NCBI GenBank assembly: GCA_951406725.2
Contig: OX597815.1
Coordinates: forward strand, 117,490,001 to 117,554,000
Reading direction: 5' to 3'
DNA from: Octopus vulgaris
Taxonomy: Eukaryota
DNA: 64,000 bases
The notes below the pieces were generated by a model. That model was not told where the DNA came from. It ran no database searches and saw only the letters and a program-made list of their open reading frames with translations. Made by a program: the position numbers and the translations under genes. This document shows positions 1 through 13,440 of the stretch, one piece after another (position 1 is the stretch's first letter; the number at the start of each line of letters is the position of its first letter).

Positions 1-797
1 AAGGAATAATAAGGAGTTGTTTGAATAAGGTAGTCAGATAGTTTCGTTCGTATTTCCCTCCCCACCACTCTTTGATTCTTTCCACTGTTATTTGATTTAA
101 CAAGAAATCTATTTTTATCGTAGTGTTTTATATGTCTTTTTGTAGCTCTTTTCATCGTTTATAACTTTTGTTCATCGCTTTTGAACTTTGAATAAATTTT
201 GCCTCTTTTCAAACATATGATGATAGAGTGCCAAGTGGAAAAAGAAATGAAAAAAAAAAAAAAAAAAAAGTGAACGAATTTATATGACAACTCAATATGT
301 ATAAAATGGATTTTCACTTTGTAACCTTTATAATTATTATTTGAGAACAACACAGAAATTTTATGATCCCCTTACAGTTTAATGGCTAATATCAAAAACT
401 ATTTTTCAACAGGTTCAATTAAATGCACCAGGAATCTTTAACTGAAATGATTATTGCGAATATTGTTCTTATAACTACGAGTCGTCTACATGACATTGTC
501 ACCGTTACGAAGATGCAAATGAACAACATTCATTTTCAAATATATATTTTCTACACGAGCAGCTTGATCCCACAACGTACAATTTTATATATACAAATCG
601 TTATATAGACATAGTATGTGTACGATCGTAATTAAGCGGTATAAACATGAAAAAGTAATAGATATTTCGGCAAATCCTGAATTAATTCTCTAAAAAGATA
701 TGTGCGTGTAAACACGCATCTATATATGAAATTCCTTTTGCTTGTGTCTAAATCTCAAACATAAACACAATATGGTCAAGATAAGGCAACAACTGGG

Positions 798-885
798 CTG
801 ATGACGACGACTGAGGCAGAAACATGTGTTCTAAGCTCCTCTCTGATGACGACAACTGAGACAGAAACGTATTCTAAGCTCCTCT
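798..885 (+). repeat. Tandem duplication of a ~44-bp unit carrying CTGATGA...GAAA
   Basis: Units 798-842 and 843-885 are near-identical (ctgatgacgac.actgag.cagaaac...ttctaagctcctct). Confidence 0.85.
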
Positions 886-1339
886 CTTTTCTATACAATC
901 AAACAGACTTTCCCGATTAGTTTATAGACTGCGAAGAATTCTTGATTTTTGCAATTATTTCCTCTTCTCATTCAGTGTTGGACGCATTTAGCACGAGGTA
1001 TTTGTTTACGTTACTCTCGAAAATATCAAAAGCTATTATTCATTCGGCTATATATTCATTCGTCTTTGTCCATATTTACGCCACTGGTCGCTTTAAGTTC
1101 TTTCTCTCAGCTCTGTTGACATGTGAACAACAACAAAAGCAACAACAGTATACCGAAGCCTGATAACTTGAGATAATCAATGAAATTTATAAGTTACAAT
1201 GCTACGATGAAAGTGATCGATTTAACATAAAATCTTGTGAGTTCATCACTTTCTTCTCGCCCTCTCCCTCTCTCCAATTTATAAAGATTAAATAGTTTAA
1301 AGACATACACACCAACTCAATATTACTTGTTAATATACA

Positions 1340-1368
1340 TACATGCATACAAACACACACACGTACAT

Positions 1369-1400
<32 letters not shown>

Positions 1401-1406
1401 CATACA

Positions 1407-1442
<36 letters not shown>

Positions 1443-1502
1443 TGTATGTATGTATATATATATATATGTATATATATATGTATATATATATATATATATA
1501 CA

Positions 1503-1538
<36 letters not shown>

Positions 1539-1586
1539 TATACATACATATGTATATATATATGTATATATATATATATATATACA

Positions 1587-1622
<36 letters not shown>

Positions 1623-1625
1623 TAT

Positions 1626-1724
<99 letters not shown>

Positions 1725-1767
1725 CATACATATATATATATATGTATATATATGTATATATATATGC

Positions 1768-1805
<38 letters not shown>

Positions 1806-1960
1806 GTAAGCATGCGTGAATGTATATTTGTGTGTATATGTGTCTCTATGTGTAGATGTATACACACATACGTATATGTGTGTGTATATGTACATACATA
1901 TGCATATACATATATATATATACATATACATACATATACATATCCACACTACACATACAC
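1340..1960. repeat. Compound (TA)n/(TACA)n microsatellite
   Basis: Directly visible; explains the YI/HTYI/VCMY ORFs. Confidence 0.97.
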
Positions 1961-2307
1961 ACATATAGTCATGTGTTTAATTCTAAACATTCGAAATATA
2001 TATTTATCAACAAGAATTTATTAACCAGACGCACACACACAGAAAAAGAGTTTTTCAAAATTAAATTTTTGCAGATACAATCAAAACCAGTTAACACTTG
2101 ACTGTTGCTGTTGTTGCTGTTATCATCGGCGCCGCCATCCTCTTTGTTACTTCATTTAATAATGCAAAGATGAAAGAAGTTGGTAAATATATTTCGAATT
2201 TTCTGATAGATGAACTAATGAGATTAAGTGTAATTAGAATAAATGACTAACATATTGAACTAAGTGTAACTAGCCATTTAGTTAGTGATGTGCTCATTCA
2301 TATTGTA

Positions 2308-2480
2308 GGCAATGGCATGGCTCTGTAGTTAAGATGTTCGCTTTGCAGTTACGAGGTTTCGCGTTCAGTCCTACTCTTGGGCAAGTGCTTTCTACTATAG
2401 CCTGGGGCCGACCAGTGCCTACTGAGTGAGTGAATTTGATGAATAGAAGCTGTACGGAAGGTTGTTACGCGCGTACATAT
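2308..2480 (+). mobile_element. tRNA-derived SINE, family B, 5' part (degenerate)
   Basis: ggcatggctctgtagttaag head, then cttgggcaagtgctttctactatagcc..ggccgacca body shared with the copies at 41309 and 45745; ends in (CA)n. Confidence 0.75.
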
Positions 2481-2484
2481 GTAT

Positions 2485-2526
<42 letters not shown>

Positions 2527-3539
2527 CTATATTTATACATCTATATATAAATCGATCTGTAATATGCCGATCTTACAGATTAGTTTCGCACTAGGCGTTC
2601 AACGGAGCATTAGGTAACAGTTCGATTATGTAACCCTGCGCTCTTCAGAGATGGCGGTTATGTAAAGTGATACGTAAGATCGGTGAGTGGGAAATTAATC
2701 GTTAAGGTCGGCCGTTATGTATATATAATATTGTACACTTCGATTAACATTGGGTTGAGTTCGATGGAGTGCAATTGAATCAACTTCATGAAAATCCACG
2801 TCAAACTACCAGAGAATATGCGGAGCAGATGGATTGTGATAAAAAAAAAAAAGACCTGTGGTGAACCACCTTCTCTCAATGGGAAAGGTCAATCGAATTT
2901 AATTGGTCGACCGCTGTGTGATCCGTCCTTGAAGTCAAAATTCGCATTTTCGAAACGCGAAAACCAACGGCGGGCGGTACTTTGAGACATTGCTCCTTCA
3001 CCACACCCAATATATCCATGCTAATGAGTAGTGTCCGCACAAATAAAACGGTATAATGATGGAATGAAAGGGTGTCTATTTACTTTGGAGACCTATGCGC
3101 GCACGCGAGCGTTTATATGCGCACGTGTGTGTCTTCCAGTTTGTGTCTATTCTCCATCACCGCTTGACAACCGGTATTTTTTGTTTGCGTCCTCGTTACA
3201 TAATGGTTCAGCTGAAAGAGACCCGATAGAGTAAGTACCATACTTTAAAAAATAAGTATTGGTATCGATTTATTTCACTAAATCTCCAATACTACTTTGA
3301 AGGGTTTAGACAAAAAGATTAGAGGTGTGAGTGGTGAATGGTGGTACTGTTAGAGCGTCAAACGAAATCCTTAGTGTTTAGTTATTTAGTTACCGCCCTT
3401 TTTATGTTTGGTTTCAGATCTTGCGGCGATCTATTTTGCTTCTTTATCGTTCAAGTATCGATAAAATAATTACCTGTCAAATACAAGATGTAGTCCATCC
3501 GACTATAGCCTCCCTTCCGGCACTGAACCTAACTACAGA

Positions 3540-3985
3540 TTTCTATCCTTTCTCAACTTTGTTCCTGATAACCCTCTGAAAAATGGATATCTTAAAACAA
3601 AATTTCAGATGGTGTAGGTTACGATTAAGTCAGAATTTGATGTGAAAAAAAAGAGGGGAAGATATTTCACACACCACATCAAAACGTATATGGAAATAAA
3701 GTTGAGGCTTGTGAATTATCCAACCCCAGTTTTTTTTCACATCAAATTCAGACATAATTGTAATCTACATCACCTGAAACGTGTTTGTAAAAAAAATTAT
3801 TTAAAGATATATGAGGAAACAAATTGAGATGTATGATTTATCTGAAACATCTCTCCACTTCTTCGAAAAAATTCTCAAGAAATTTGAGAATAGCCCTAAT
3901 CTGTACCACCTGAGAAAATTTCATTAAAATATATGCGTTTTTCAGAAAGTTAGAAAGAAACACAGTAGGGTAGGGAGTGAGGCAT
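3540..3985. mobile_element. Foldback/MITE-like element with internal inverted repeats
   Basis: 3604-3652 and 3730-3778 are inverted copies (43/49 match); a third related arm lies at ~3895-3975. Confidence 0.55.
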
Positions 3986-4173
3986 ACATCCGTAGATATG
4001 TTCTAAAACTGTGTGTTCTCATCGTTTTGCTACAAATCATATTTCATTCATTTTACAAAAGTAGAACCAAACAAGTCTAAAATGTTCCGATTCTGTTTCA
4101 TTAATTTCCAAATCCAACGTGGAATGAAAGCCAAGTATATTCTCATATTTCAAGCTTATGGTTGATTAAAAGG

Positions 4174-4885
4174 TGGTGTGAGCTGGCAGAATCGTCAATC
4201 TATCGGAAAAAAAGGTCATGCAGCATTTCTACTGGCTCTATACATTCTGAGTTCAGAATACGCCAAGATCATCTTTGACTTTCATCCCTACGAGGTCGAT
4301 AAACTGTCATACCAGTCTAGTACTGAGATGGTTGATATCGGCTGGCAACCTTCTCGTAAATTATTGGCCTTGTGCTTCAATCAGAAATCTTTGTCATGGT
4401 GTATTAAAAAAAGCTGTTGATCGGCAGAAATGGTAGAGCGTCGAACAAAGTGCTTTTGCGGTATTTACTTACGAAACCTTTAACGTTCTGCGTTCAGATC
4501 TCGCCGAAGTCAACTTTCCCTTTCATTCGTCCTGGGATCAATAACGTGAGTACTAGAGTCAATATAATTGATTTCCCTCCTCGACCCAATTTCTCATCTT
4601 GTGCTATTGTTACAAATCAATATCATGGTGAGTTGTAAGGCGCCGACCTGGCTGAATCGTTAGCACGCTGGGCAAAATGCTTAGTCGCATTTCATTCGTC
4701 TTTACGTTCTGAGTTCAAATTCTGCCGAAGTCGATTCTGCTTTTCATCATTTCGGGGTCTATAAAATAAAATAAACTTATTTTATAGACCCAGAAATGAT
4801 GAAAAGCAAAATGAAGTACTGGGGTTGATGTAAATCAATTTATCCCCTCCCCGAAATTGTTGGCTTTGTGCCAAAATTTGAAATC
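4174..4885 (+). mobile_element. Three head-to-tail family-A SINEs
   Basis: Each has gctggcagaatcg...ttctgagttca(a/g)a B-box-like head and tttcatc...gataaa...gtac core; copies ~4174-4385, 4415-4620, 4638-4885. Confidence 0.85.
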
Positions 4886-4893
4886 AAATTATG

Positions 4894-4976
<83 letters not shown>

Positions 4977-5720
4977 GTGTGTGTGTGTCCCCTCCATCAC
5001 CGCTTGGCAACCGTTGTTGGTGTGTTTATGTCCCTGTAATTAGCAGTTCGGCAAAAGAAAAAATCTGGGGTCAATTTGTTGGGCTAAAACTCTTGAAGGC
5101 GGTGCTCCAACATGACCGCAGTCAAATGACTGAAGCAAGTAAAACAATAAAAGAATATATATATAGAGATGATGGTGGTGGGGTTAACAGACACGATGCT
5201 TTTCGCTTTTAGGGAAGAAGGTGATATAACGTCCAAGCCTTGTGACGTTTGTATTCTATGACGCTTATACATTGTGATGACATTGTGAAGTAACATATTT
5301 TCAATCGAGAATAAAAGAAACGGTATAGCCAATGTGGTTGACCGGAAACCGTGCTCTTAATGTGAGCCAATCACCCGGGTTCAAATAGATTTAAATATTT
5401 CTCCTTGTAAAAAGAATACAAACACATGTAATGTATGCTTGTATTAATCGGTCAGTCTCTTAAATGACTCTTAAATTTAGCCCCTACCCCTCCCACAACA
5501 AGTAATGCTAAGAATTTAGATGTTAGACGAAGAATATGAAAACAAAGTGCTAGCAATTTATGGCAAATCTCAGATGATTTCTAAAAGCAGATTTCTAAAA
5601 AGAGAGCTGTGCATACCACCACCGCAACCATCATGGCTGCCACTGCTATCCATCACCACTATTACCACTCTCGGTATGGCAATTCAATTATATGAAGATC
5701 TTTAGAAACCATTTATTTAC

Positions 5721-5884
5721 CCGTAGTCAGTATCAAGGCAAATACAGCTTTATTTTGAAAGACAATAAGTTGTATTGAAAAAGACAATAAGCTACATAAA
5801 GAAGAGTAGAACAATAAGCTATATACAGAACAAAACCCAATGGAGGAAAGGAGACTATATTCATTCAAAGATATCGATATGAAA
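5721..5884 (-). CDS. Candidate internal coding exon, hydrophobic (unidentified host gene)
   Basis: Minus strand: T-rich tract + ctattttag acceptor, open frame FISISLNEYSLLSSIGFCSVYSLLFYSSLCSLLSFSIQLIVFQNKAVFALILTT, donor CGG|gtaaat. No recognisable homology. Confidence 0.3.
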
Positions 5885-6104
5885 CTAAAATAGATGTGGT
5901 GAAAAAATATGATTAAATAAATAAATAAATAAAAAAGATCCAATACAGTAGTGACAATTTATTGATTTCTTATGGTTAGGTATGATTATTATTTTGATTT
6001 ATTTGGAAGGTACATGCGTTGTTATGACATTTATGCCTTTCCAAAATGGTGGTCTTATGCTAAAGTAAAACGTAATTATTAATCTATTTTTTTCTTTTAT
6101 CTTT

Positions 6105-6478
6105 TAACTTGTTTCAGTCAATAGACTGCCACCATACTGGGGCACCATCTTGAAAAAATTTTAGTCGAATGAAGCAACCCCCAGTACCTACTTTTTTAAA
6201 GCCTGGTTCTTATTCTATCGGTCTCTTGCTGCACCGCTAAGTTACGGGGACGTAAGTACACTAACAGTGACTGTCAAGTGGCGGTGGGGGACAAACAGAC
6301 ACAAAGACACACACTACAGGTTTCTCTCAGTTTCCGTCTATTACATCCACTCACAAGCCTTTGGTCGGCTCGAGGCTATAATAGAAGACATTTGCCCAAG
6401 GTGCCATGCAATGGAACTGAACTCTGAACCATGTAGTTGGGAAGCAAACATCTTATCACACAGCCACGCTTAGGCCTA
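6105..6478 (-). mobile_element. Family-B SINE, near full length
   Basis: Reverse complement has the tRNA-like head (..tgcttcccaac..catggttc), the ttgggcaa..gtcttcta..atagcctcg body and the 3' module ending tgactgaaacaag. Confidence 0.85.
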
Positions 6479-6507
6479 TTACCAAGTCAAAATTAATACA
6501 GCGGAAA

Positions 6508-6720
6508 GACGGCAAGCTGGCAGAATCGTTTGCACCCTGGACGAAATGCTTAGCGGTATTTCGCCCGTCGCTACATTCTGAGTTCAAATTCTGCCGAGGT
6601 CGACTTTGCTTTTCATCTTTTCAAGGTCAATGAAATAAGTACCAGTTACGCACTGGGGTCGATGAACTCGACTACCCCCTCCTCTAAATTGCAGGCTTTG
6701 TACCTATAGCAGAAAAGAAG
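6508..6720 (+). mobile_element. Family-A SINE
   Basis: ggcaagctggcagaatcg...gttcaaattctgccgaggtcgactttgc...aagtaccagttacgcactggggtcgat. Confidence 0.9.
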
Positions 6721-7104
6721 ATAAATATAACGGAAACCAGCTATTATAACTATGGATGATGTTATCAGCCGGTTAAGAATTTGCACGCCCTTAACTGATT
6801 TAAAAAAATATTATTTTGCATAATGCTATCAACCAGATATTTTTATCGAAAAGAACTCATTACGAAATCATCACACTTTCACTGAAAGTTCTTGCAATTA
6901 TCAGAGGAAGGAAAACATCATAACTGACCCAGGATATTGGTATATCGTTACTTCCTTTATCGACTCTAAAAGGGTGAACGGTAATGTTAACTTCAGCAGG
7001 ATTCCAACCCAGATTGTATAGAATCGTATTTGACTACTAGTGAAGGCATGCATCTGGCAAGTTACCATTTCTAGTATTCCACGGGTCTCCATCCACAATA
7101 ATAG

Positions 7105-7790
7105 TAGTTTCTAGATTAGACACAAAGCCAGCAATTTTGAAGATAGGTGTTTAGTCGTTTCCCTCGACCTTAGTATTCGATTGGGACTTTACATCATCGA
7201 TCCCGAAGGGATGAAAGGCAAAGTTGACATCGGTAGAATTCGAACTTAGAATGCAAAGATTCAGAACAACTACCGCAAGGCATTTTCTCCGACGCGCTAA
7301 TGATTCGACCAGCATACTATCTTTTAATAATAATAATTTTTTCTATTATAGGCACCAAGCCAGAAATTTAGGGGAGGGGGATAGTCGATTACATCGATCG
7401 CAGTGCGTAACTTATTTAATCGACCCCGAAAGGATGAAAGGAAAAGTCGACTTCGGCAGAATTTGAACTCAGAACGTAGCGACGGGCGAAATACCGCTAA
7501 GCTTTTCGTCCACCGTGCTAACGATTTTGCCAGCTCACTGCCTTTAATAATAACAATAATAATAACAACAACAACAATAATAATAATAATAATAATTATA
7601 AAAAGCGACAACAACAGTTTCAAATTTTAGCACAAGGCCAGTAATTTTAGGGGAAAGGGTTAGTTGATTATATTGGCCCTAGTTTTCAACAGGAACTATT
7701 TTTATCGACCCCGAAAAGATCAAAAGCAAAGTCGACCTCGGCGGAATTTGAACTCAGAAAGTAAATACGGACAAAATGCCGCAAAGCGTA
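7105..7790 (-). mobile_element. Three family-A SINEs
   Basis: cgaccccgaaaggatgaaaggcaaagtcgac...gaatttgaactcagaa-type core three times, separated by (TAA)-rich spacers. Confidence 0.88.
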
Positions 7791-8756
7791 CATATATACA
7801 TACATAAATATAGCAAGCGTTTTAACCAAGGAGTTTCAACGTGGGAATGGACAGGGCAAAGTTATATCCTTTTCAATGGTAGAACCAGTCTTCAACTGCC
7901 ACTGCCTGACGATATATATCTGTGCTGTTTTCAAATACGGTTTGAAAGTATAACACTTCATTTTTGCCGCTAATTCTCTAATGAAAATCATGAAGATTCA
8001 GATATTTTTCTAGTTTGTTTTGTGCCTTTTTGCCTACGTTTTAATGCAAACAAATTCGATCCTCTAACAGTGAGAATAGTATTAGCAATTCTTAACAAAG
8101 CTAAATGAATAAAAAATCATAAACAGCCTAAATAAGTCATTTTTAAACAGCAGCAACGTCATAATCGTTGACGTCACAGCTGTTGTCGTTATCCTTTTCT
8201 TCTTCCTCTTCCGCCTTGAGCAACACACTCCTCCTCTTCTTCCTTCCCCTCCTCCGTATCTCATTAATTCTTTTTTCATGCATATATTTCGACCACATTA
8301 CAATTAATTACAGTAAACAAACAAAACGGAGAATAAAAACGTTTATGGTCGAGGAGGACTTGGGATAAAACGCTGCAATTGTCACCCACGTCATAGATGT
8401 CATTTCCTCATTGTCATCATAATTGTCTTCCTCCTTCTCGTCGTCGTCATCATCATCAGCGGTAGCAGCTACTAAATACATTCAGAAATTGTACGCTGAA
8501 CATCAATATTGCGAGGCTAGCATAGTAAAAGTCACAACTCTATAAAATACAAATAAATATAAAAATTTATGATTGTTTCGTTTCAAGTGTGCATTACAAT
8601 CAGTCAGTAAAGGTTTATATTTTCGTGTCCCGAGTCTTTATTGATACGAACGTTAAGGAAGAATATCTTTGAAAATTTGTTGTATTTTACTAAGAAACTA
8701 TTTTATAAGGTTTTTATTGTATATATTTAGTTCGCTCTAATTATGTATGTGGAGAT

Positions 8757-9146
8757 AAGGCGGCGAAATGGCAGAAGCGTTAGCACGCCGGGCGAGATGC
8801 TTAGCGGTATTTCGTCTGCCGCTACGTTCTGAGTTCAAATTTCGCCGAGGTCGACTTTGCCTTTCATCCTTTCGGGGTCGATTAAATAAGTACCAGTTAC
8901 GCACTGGGGTCGATGTAATCGACTTAATCCGTTTGTCTGTCCTCTCTGTGTTTAGCCCCTTGTGGGTAGTAAGGAAATAGGTATTTCGTCTGCCGCTACG
9001 TTCTGAGTTCAAATTCCGCCGAGGTCGACTTTGCCTTTCATCCTTTCGGGGTCGATAAAAGAAGTACCAATTGCATACTGGGGTCGATCTAATCGACTGA
9101 CCCCCCCCCCCCAAATTTCGGGCCTTGTGCCTAGTGTAGAAAAAAG
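8757..9146 (+). mobile_element. Dimeric family-A SINE with 13-bp TSD
   Basis: One head, two bodies joined at gaaata-ggtattt; TSD tgtatgtggagat at 8744-8756 and 9147-9159. Confidence 0.92.
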
Positions 9147-9152
9147 TGTATG

Positions 9153-9330
9153 TGGAGATGCATGGTTTAGCTGTTAGGGTGTTGAACTCATGATCGTAAG
9201 ATTGTAGTTTCGATTCTTGGACTGGGCGATGCGTTGTGCTTTGAGCAAAAACACTTCATATTACGTTGCTCCAGTCCACTCAGCTGGTAAAAATGAGTAG
9301 CCCTGCAACGGACGAGTGACCCCTACCCCA
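9153..9330 (+). mobile_element. tRNA-derived CORE-like SINE (family C)
   Basis: tggag..gcatgg..tag..gttagggt head; gttgtg.tttgagcaa..acactt...ttgctccagtccactcagctggtaaaaatgagta core. Related copies at ~17380-17540 (-) and 29036-29280 (+). CORE assignment from recall. Confidence 0.7.
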
Positions 9331-9337
9331 TGAAGGA

Positions 9338-9378
<41 letters not shown>

Positions 9379-9495
9379 AAACTGGGAAACCAGCTCTATG
9401 CCCCTTATAGAGTAATGTAGTCTATCCATAATGATGTATGATGATATAATAATGTGATACTAATAAACGATAATAATAATAACAATGATAATAAT

Positions 9496-9890
<395 letters not shown>

Positions 9891-9897
9891 AAAATAA

Positions 9898-10760
9898 TAC
9901 TCGATAAAAATACCGGTTGGTGGCTAACCTTAAAATACAAACTGGATCTTTTCGGTTTGAACGGCAGTTTTTAACATAATTTCTAGGTAAACAAAAAATT
10001 TTAAACTACGTATACTGGTAGAATGTGTTTATAAAATATCTTTTTCTCTTGGCTTTGTTGAGAAAATTCTATAGTTTGTAAAATATTTGTTGTTTTTTTT
10101 TCTTCAATTTCTGCAATTTCAACCAATCAATAACGTCCATTGAGGTAAAAAAAAACATTCTGTGCCGTATGAATATGTCCCCCGTTTAAGAAACAGATTG
10201 TGTTTATTTACATTTGTGAAAAAAAAAAGATACCCTTCCCCCCACCCCTAACCCTAACACTAAAACAGCTTGAAATGCAATAGATCGATATTAGGGTCAT
10301 AATTATGGGTGACAATTTCATATGACACCGCTAGAAAAAAACTGCCGTTCAAACCGAAAAGATCCCACAAACTTCAATGTTGAGTGAAAATGTCTAATAC
10401 AAATGTATCAAATAATGATGTTAATGGGGCTGGAACCAAAGGTGAAAGCTTTTCGCCCGGCAGGTGTTCTGTGGTTGAGCAGTGCAAGCCCGGTTGTCAT
10501 CTAAAGACTGCTTATACACAAAACCAGAGAATAAGGTGGTATAAGGAGGCAAACCGAACGGTAATTGAATGCTGGATCAGAAGTGAAGACAGTAGAACTT
10601 TTACAAAACGTGTTCCTCCTAGGCACGACCAGAACAATCAAGAAAGTATTAGTTGAAAAGAACGCATAGCAATGTACCGTAGACTGCAGGTAGCAAGCCA
10701 GCTACGCATGCAAAACTTTCGGAGTTCCAACAAAAGCTGTAATAAAAAGAAATAATAACA
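9898..10760 (+). mobile_element. Internally deleted R4/Dong-like non-LTR element, interrupted by a MITE
   Basis: N-terminal motif RIRWYKEANRTVIECWIRSE joined at ~10590 to C-terminal VELLQNVFLLGTTRTIKKVL (cf. IQKIVLMGAAHILCKIL at ~57170); lies between TAA-rich tracts. Confidence 0.6.
9944..10365. mobile_element. 422-bp MITE with perfect 29-bp TIRs
   Basis: ggatcttttcggtttgaacggcagttttt (9944-9972) and its exact reverse complement (10337-10365); flanks tacaaact/cacaaact give a 7-8 bp TSD. Confidence 0.92.
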
Positions 10761-10798
10761 ATATATGCTGCTTTAAAACAATTCAGATTTCTACATTA

Positions 10799-11030
10799 TA
10801 TTTCTTTACTACCCACAAGGGGCTAAACACAGAGGGGACAAACGAGGACAGACAAACGGATTAAGTCGATTACATCGACCCCGGTGCGTAGCTGGTTCTT
10901 AATTTATCGACCCCGAAAGGATGAAAGGCAGAGTCGACCTCGGTGGAATTTGAACCCAGAACGTAACGGCACACGAAATACGGCTACGCATTTCGCCCGG
11001 AGTGAAAACGTTTCTGCCAGCTCGCCGCCT
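10799..11030 (-). mobile_element. Family-A SINE with 17-bp TSD
   Basis: TSD ttcagatttc(t/c)acatta at 10782-10798 and 11031-11047. Confidence 0.92.
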
Positions 11031-12467
11031 TTCAGATTTCCACATTAGGTATTATAGACAAACTTTTTAAACAGAAATAACTCCAGCGTGAGTAGAGTTA
11101 TTTACCAATCCCTTTCCGGGTAACCGCGTTACGTAGTTTATTTCACGTCTTTGTCTCAAATTGAGGTTTCTAGCGTCAAATATAATCTGTAGTGTTATTC
11201 TTCTTGTTCCTACCTTTAATCATGCATATTTTTGTGTATCATACTTTAAATAGATTTAACCATGGAACAAAATCGAAAAAAATTTAATATCGATATAAAT
11301 AACCTTTTTGGAATTCAATAAGGAATGTCGTAAGTTTGAAAGCCAGAAACCGCTGATGAATAGTATTACTATATTTGGTAATGTTGACTAAAGATAATTG
11401 CCACGTGTGAATAATAATACTTGATTACGTAATATCCAGTGAATACTATGTGAATTCAGTTGGTGATAGGCTATGACAATCAAGGAAGAAAAAAATTAAT
11501 TTCCCGCACGTTCTAGAATGTCTTGGTGAGCTTATAAAAAACTTGGAAATCAAATCTCTTAAGGGCTTTTTCAGAATGCGGCTGGAGGCTTTGTGCATTT
11601 AGATTCACGTTTATTAATTTTCATCTCTCTTCTTTCTCTCTAAGAGATTATTCCTACTGAAACCGTCAATTGTGTTCTAATGCAAATATTTCTGCTCTTA
11701 TCATTTGACAATGTATATTAAAATATTTAGTGTTATTAAACATTGTTGAAGACAATTCTTTCTCTTATTAATTATTCAACATGTTAAACATAACGCAACT
11801 GCAAAATGGGGACCTCGAACGACGACCGAACGAAGCTACAGTATAAAGAAACAAATGTGAGTGTTGCGCTTTCAACAACCTTAACAATGGAACAAAATCG
11901 CTGACATAATTGACATCTTTACCATAATGAAACAATAAATGTCTATAAATTTATTCATCAAAATAAAAATGAGAACATTTATAAAAACTGGAATTTCCAC
12001 AGATTTTGGTAAGTTTAGATTGAAATCATAGGAGTTAATACTTTAAAATTCGGTAAAAGTAATAGATGTATAATTAAACATTAGAGGGTTATAACCTATA
12101 CCGTGTGGTTATATGGTGTATGTAAGTGTTCTGTGGGGGTTTGTGGCCGTGAATGTGTCTCTATCTTAACATACATAGAATCAGAGGCTTGCGCTTATGT
12201 GCTCGTGTATGTGAGTATGTTACAAAGTGTGAGTTGATATACTTTGTTGTGAATTGAAATCAACTGAAATTAATTATACTCGTAATGCGAGTAAATGTTA
12301 GCGTTAATGATAATTCATTTCAGAAAGAAAGAGCAACTTATCCGATTCGTCACGAAGTAAGATCGAGCCCAGAACCACGTAGCTGTAAAGCAGGAAATTT
12401 GTTGACCATACAGCTATGCTTCAACATTGTCAGATAGAAAAACTTTACCAGTGTGAAAGACAAAAGC

Positions 12468-12518
<51 letters not shown>

Positions 12519-12574
12519 CATACATACATGCACGCACACACATTTATATACACAAGCACAAACGCACATTCATT

Positions 12575-12965
12575 CTTTTCTACTCTAGGCACATAAATTT
12601 TGGGGGAGGGGACAATCGATTAGATCGAACCAGTATGCAACTGGTACTTCATTTATAGACACCGAAAGAATGAAAGATAAAGTCGATCTTGACGGAATTT
12701 GAACTCAGAACGTAGCGGCAGACGAAATACCTATTTCTTTACTACCCACAAGGGGCTAAACACATGAGAGGACAAACAAGGACAGACAAACGGATTAAGT
12801 CGATTATATCGACCGCAGTACGTAACTGGTACTTAATCTATCGACTCCGAAAGGATGACAGGCAAAGTCGACCTCAGTGGAATTTGAACTCAGAACGTAG
12901 CGGCAGACGAAATACGGCTACGCATTTCGTCCGGCGTGCTAACGTTTCTGCCAGCTCGCCGCCTT
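12575..12965 (-). mobile_element. Dimeric family-A SINE
   Basis: Same gaaata-ggtatttcgtctgccgctacg junction as 8757-9146, on the minus strand at ~12725-12740. Confidence 0.9.
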
Positions 12966-13139
12966 CACGCGCACACCTTATAGTATAGAATTAATTAGTC
13001 TTTATGTTATTTGGTAGCATTTTTTAAAGTATATATTTCCTTTTTGCTTACATTTTTGGCAACATAGTGTACTAAAGAACTTCAGGAACAAATACAAGAT
13101 AAAAAAACAAACCAAGAAAAAAAAAACAAAAAAGCTAAC

Positions 13140-13363
13140 CTTACAAAAATAGCAAACTTTACATATAACAAAAACCGTGTGCTGTGAGGCGAGACGAGTT
13201 CTGTCCTTTCCTTTTATATTTGCTAGGCGTTTTTCTTTGAAGACCTCGCCTCTCTTCACGGTACATAAACTTGTCTTATTTAACGATTTTCGTTTATTGT
13301 TTTGTTCTACTTTGTTGATGCAGACGTCACTAGTTTCCTCAGATATTAGTGTTTCTTTCTCTC
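13140..13363 (-). CDS. Candidate internal coding exon, charged (unidentified host gene)
   Basis: Minus strand ttattataag|GA GAG AAA; 74 open codons EKETLISEETSDVCINKVEQNNKRKSLNKTSLCTVKRGEVFKEKRLANIKGKDRTRLASQHTVFVICKVCYFCK; donor AAG|gttagc. Phase-1 start fits the exon at 35698-35893. Confidence 0.3.
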
Positions 13364-13440
13364 CTTATAATAAGTCTTAAATGAAATAATTTAAAATTTA
13401 ATATGTTATGATATATATTTTCCCGATAAAACCATAGAGT

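Noticed and set aside
1-155. Minus-strand frame MKRATKRHIKHYDKNRF... open to the window edge
   Set aside because: About 51 codons, no homology or splice support.
1202-2024. Long [12 protein letters not shown] ORFs here and throughout the window
   Set aside because: Translations of (TA)n, (TACA)n, (CA)n and (TATC)n tracts, which lack stop codons; open on both strands.
5240-5390. Second promoter-like cluster (two GCCAAT, CCGGAA, TGACG)
   Set aside because: Short motifs without a CpG-rich context or associated exon; may be chance.
8737-9114. Recurrent RPRKDERQSRPRRNLNSER ORFs resembling a gene family
   Set aside because: Antisense reading of the family-A SINE core.
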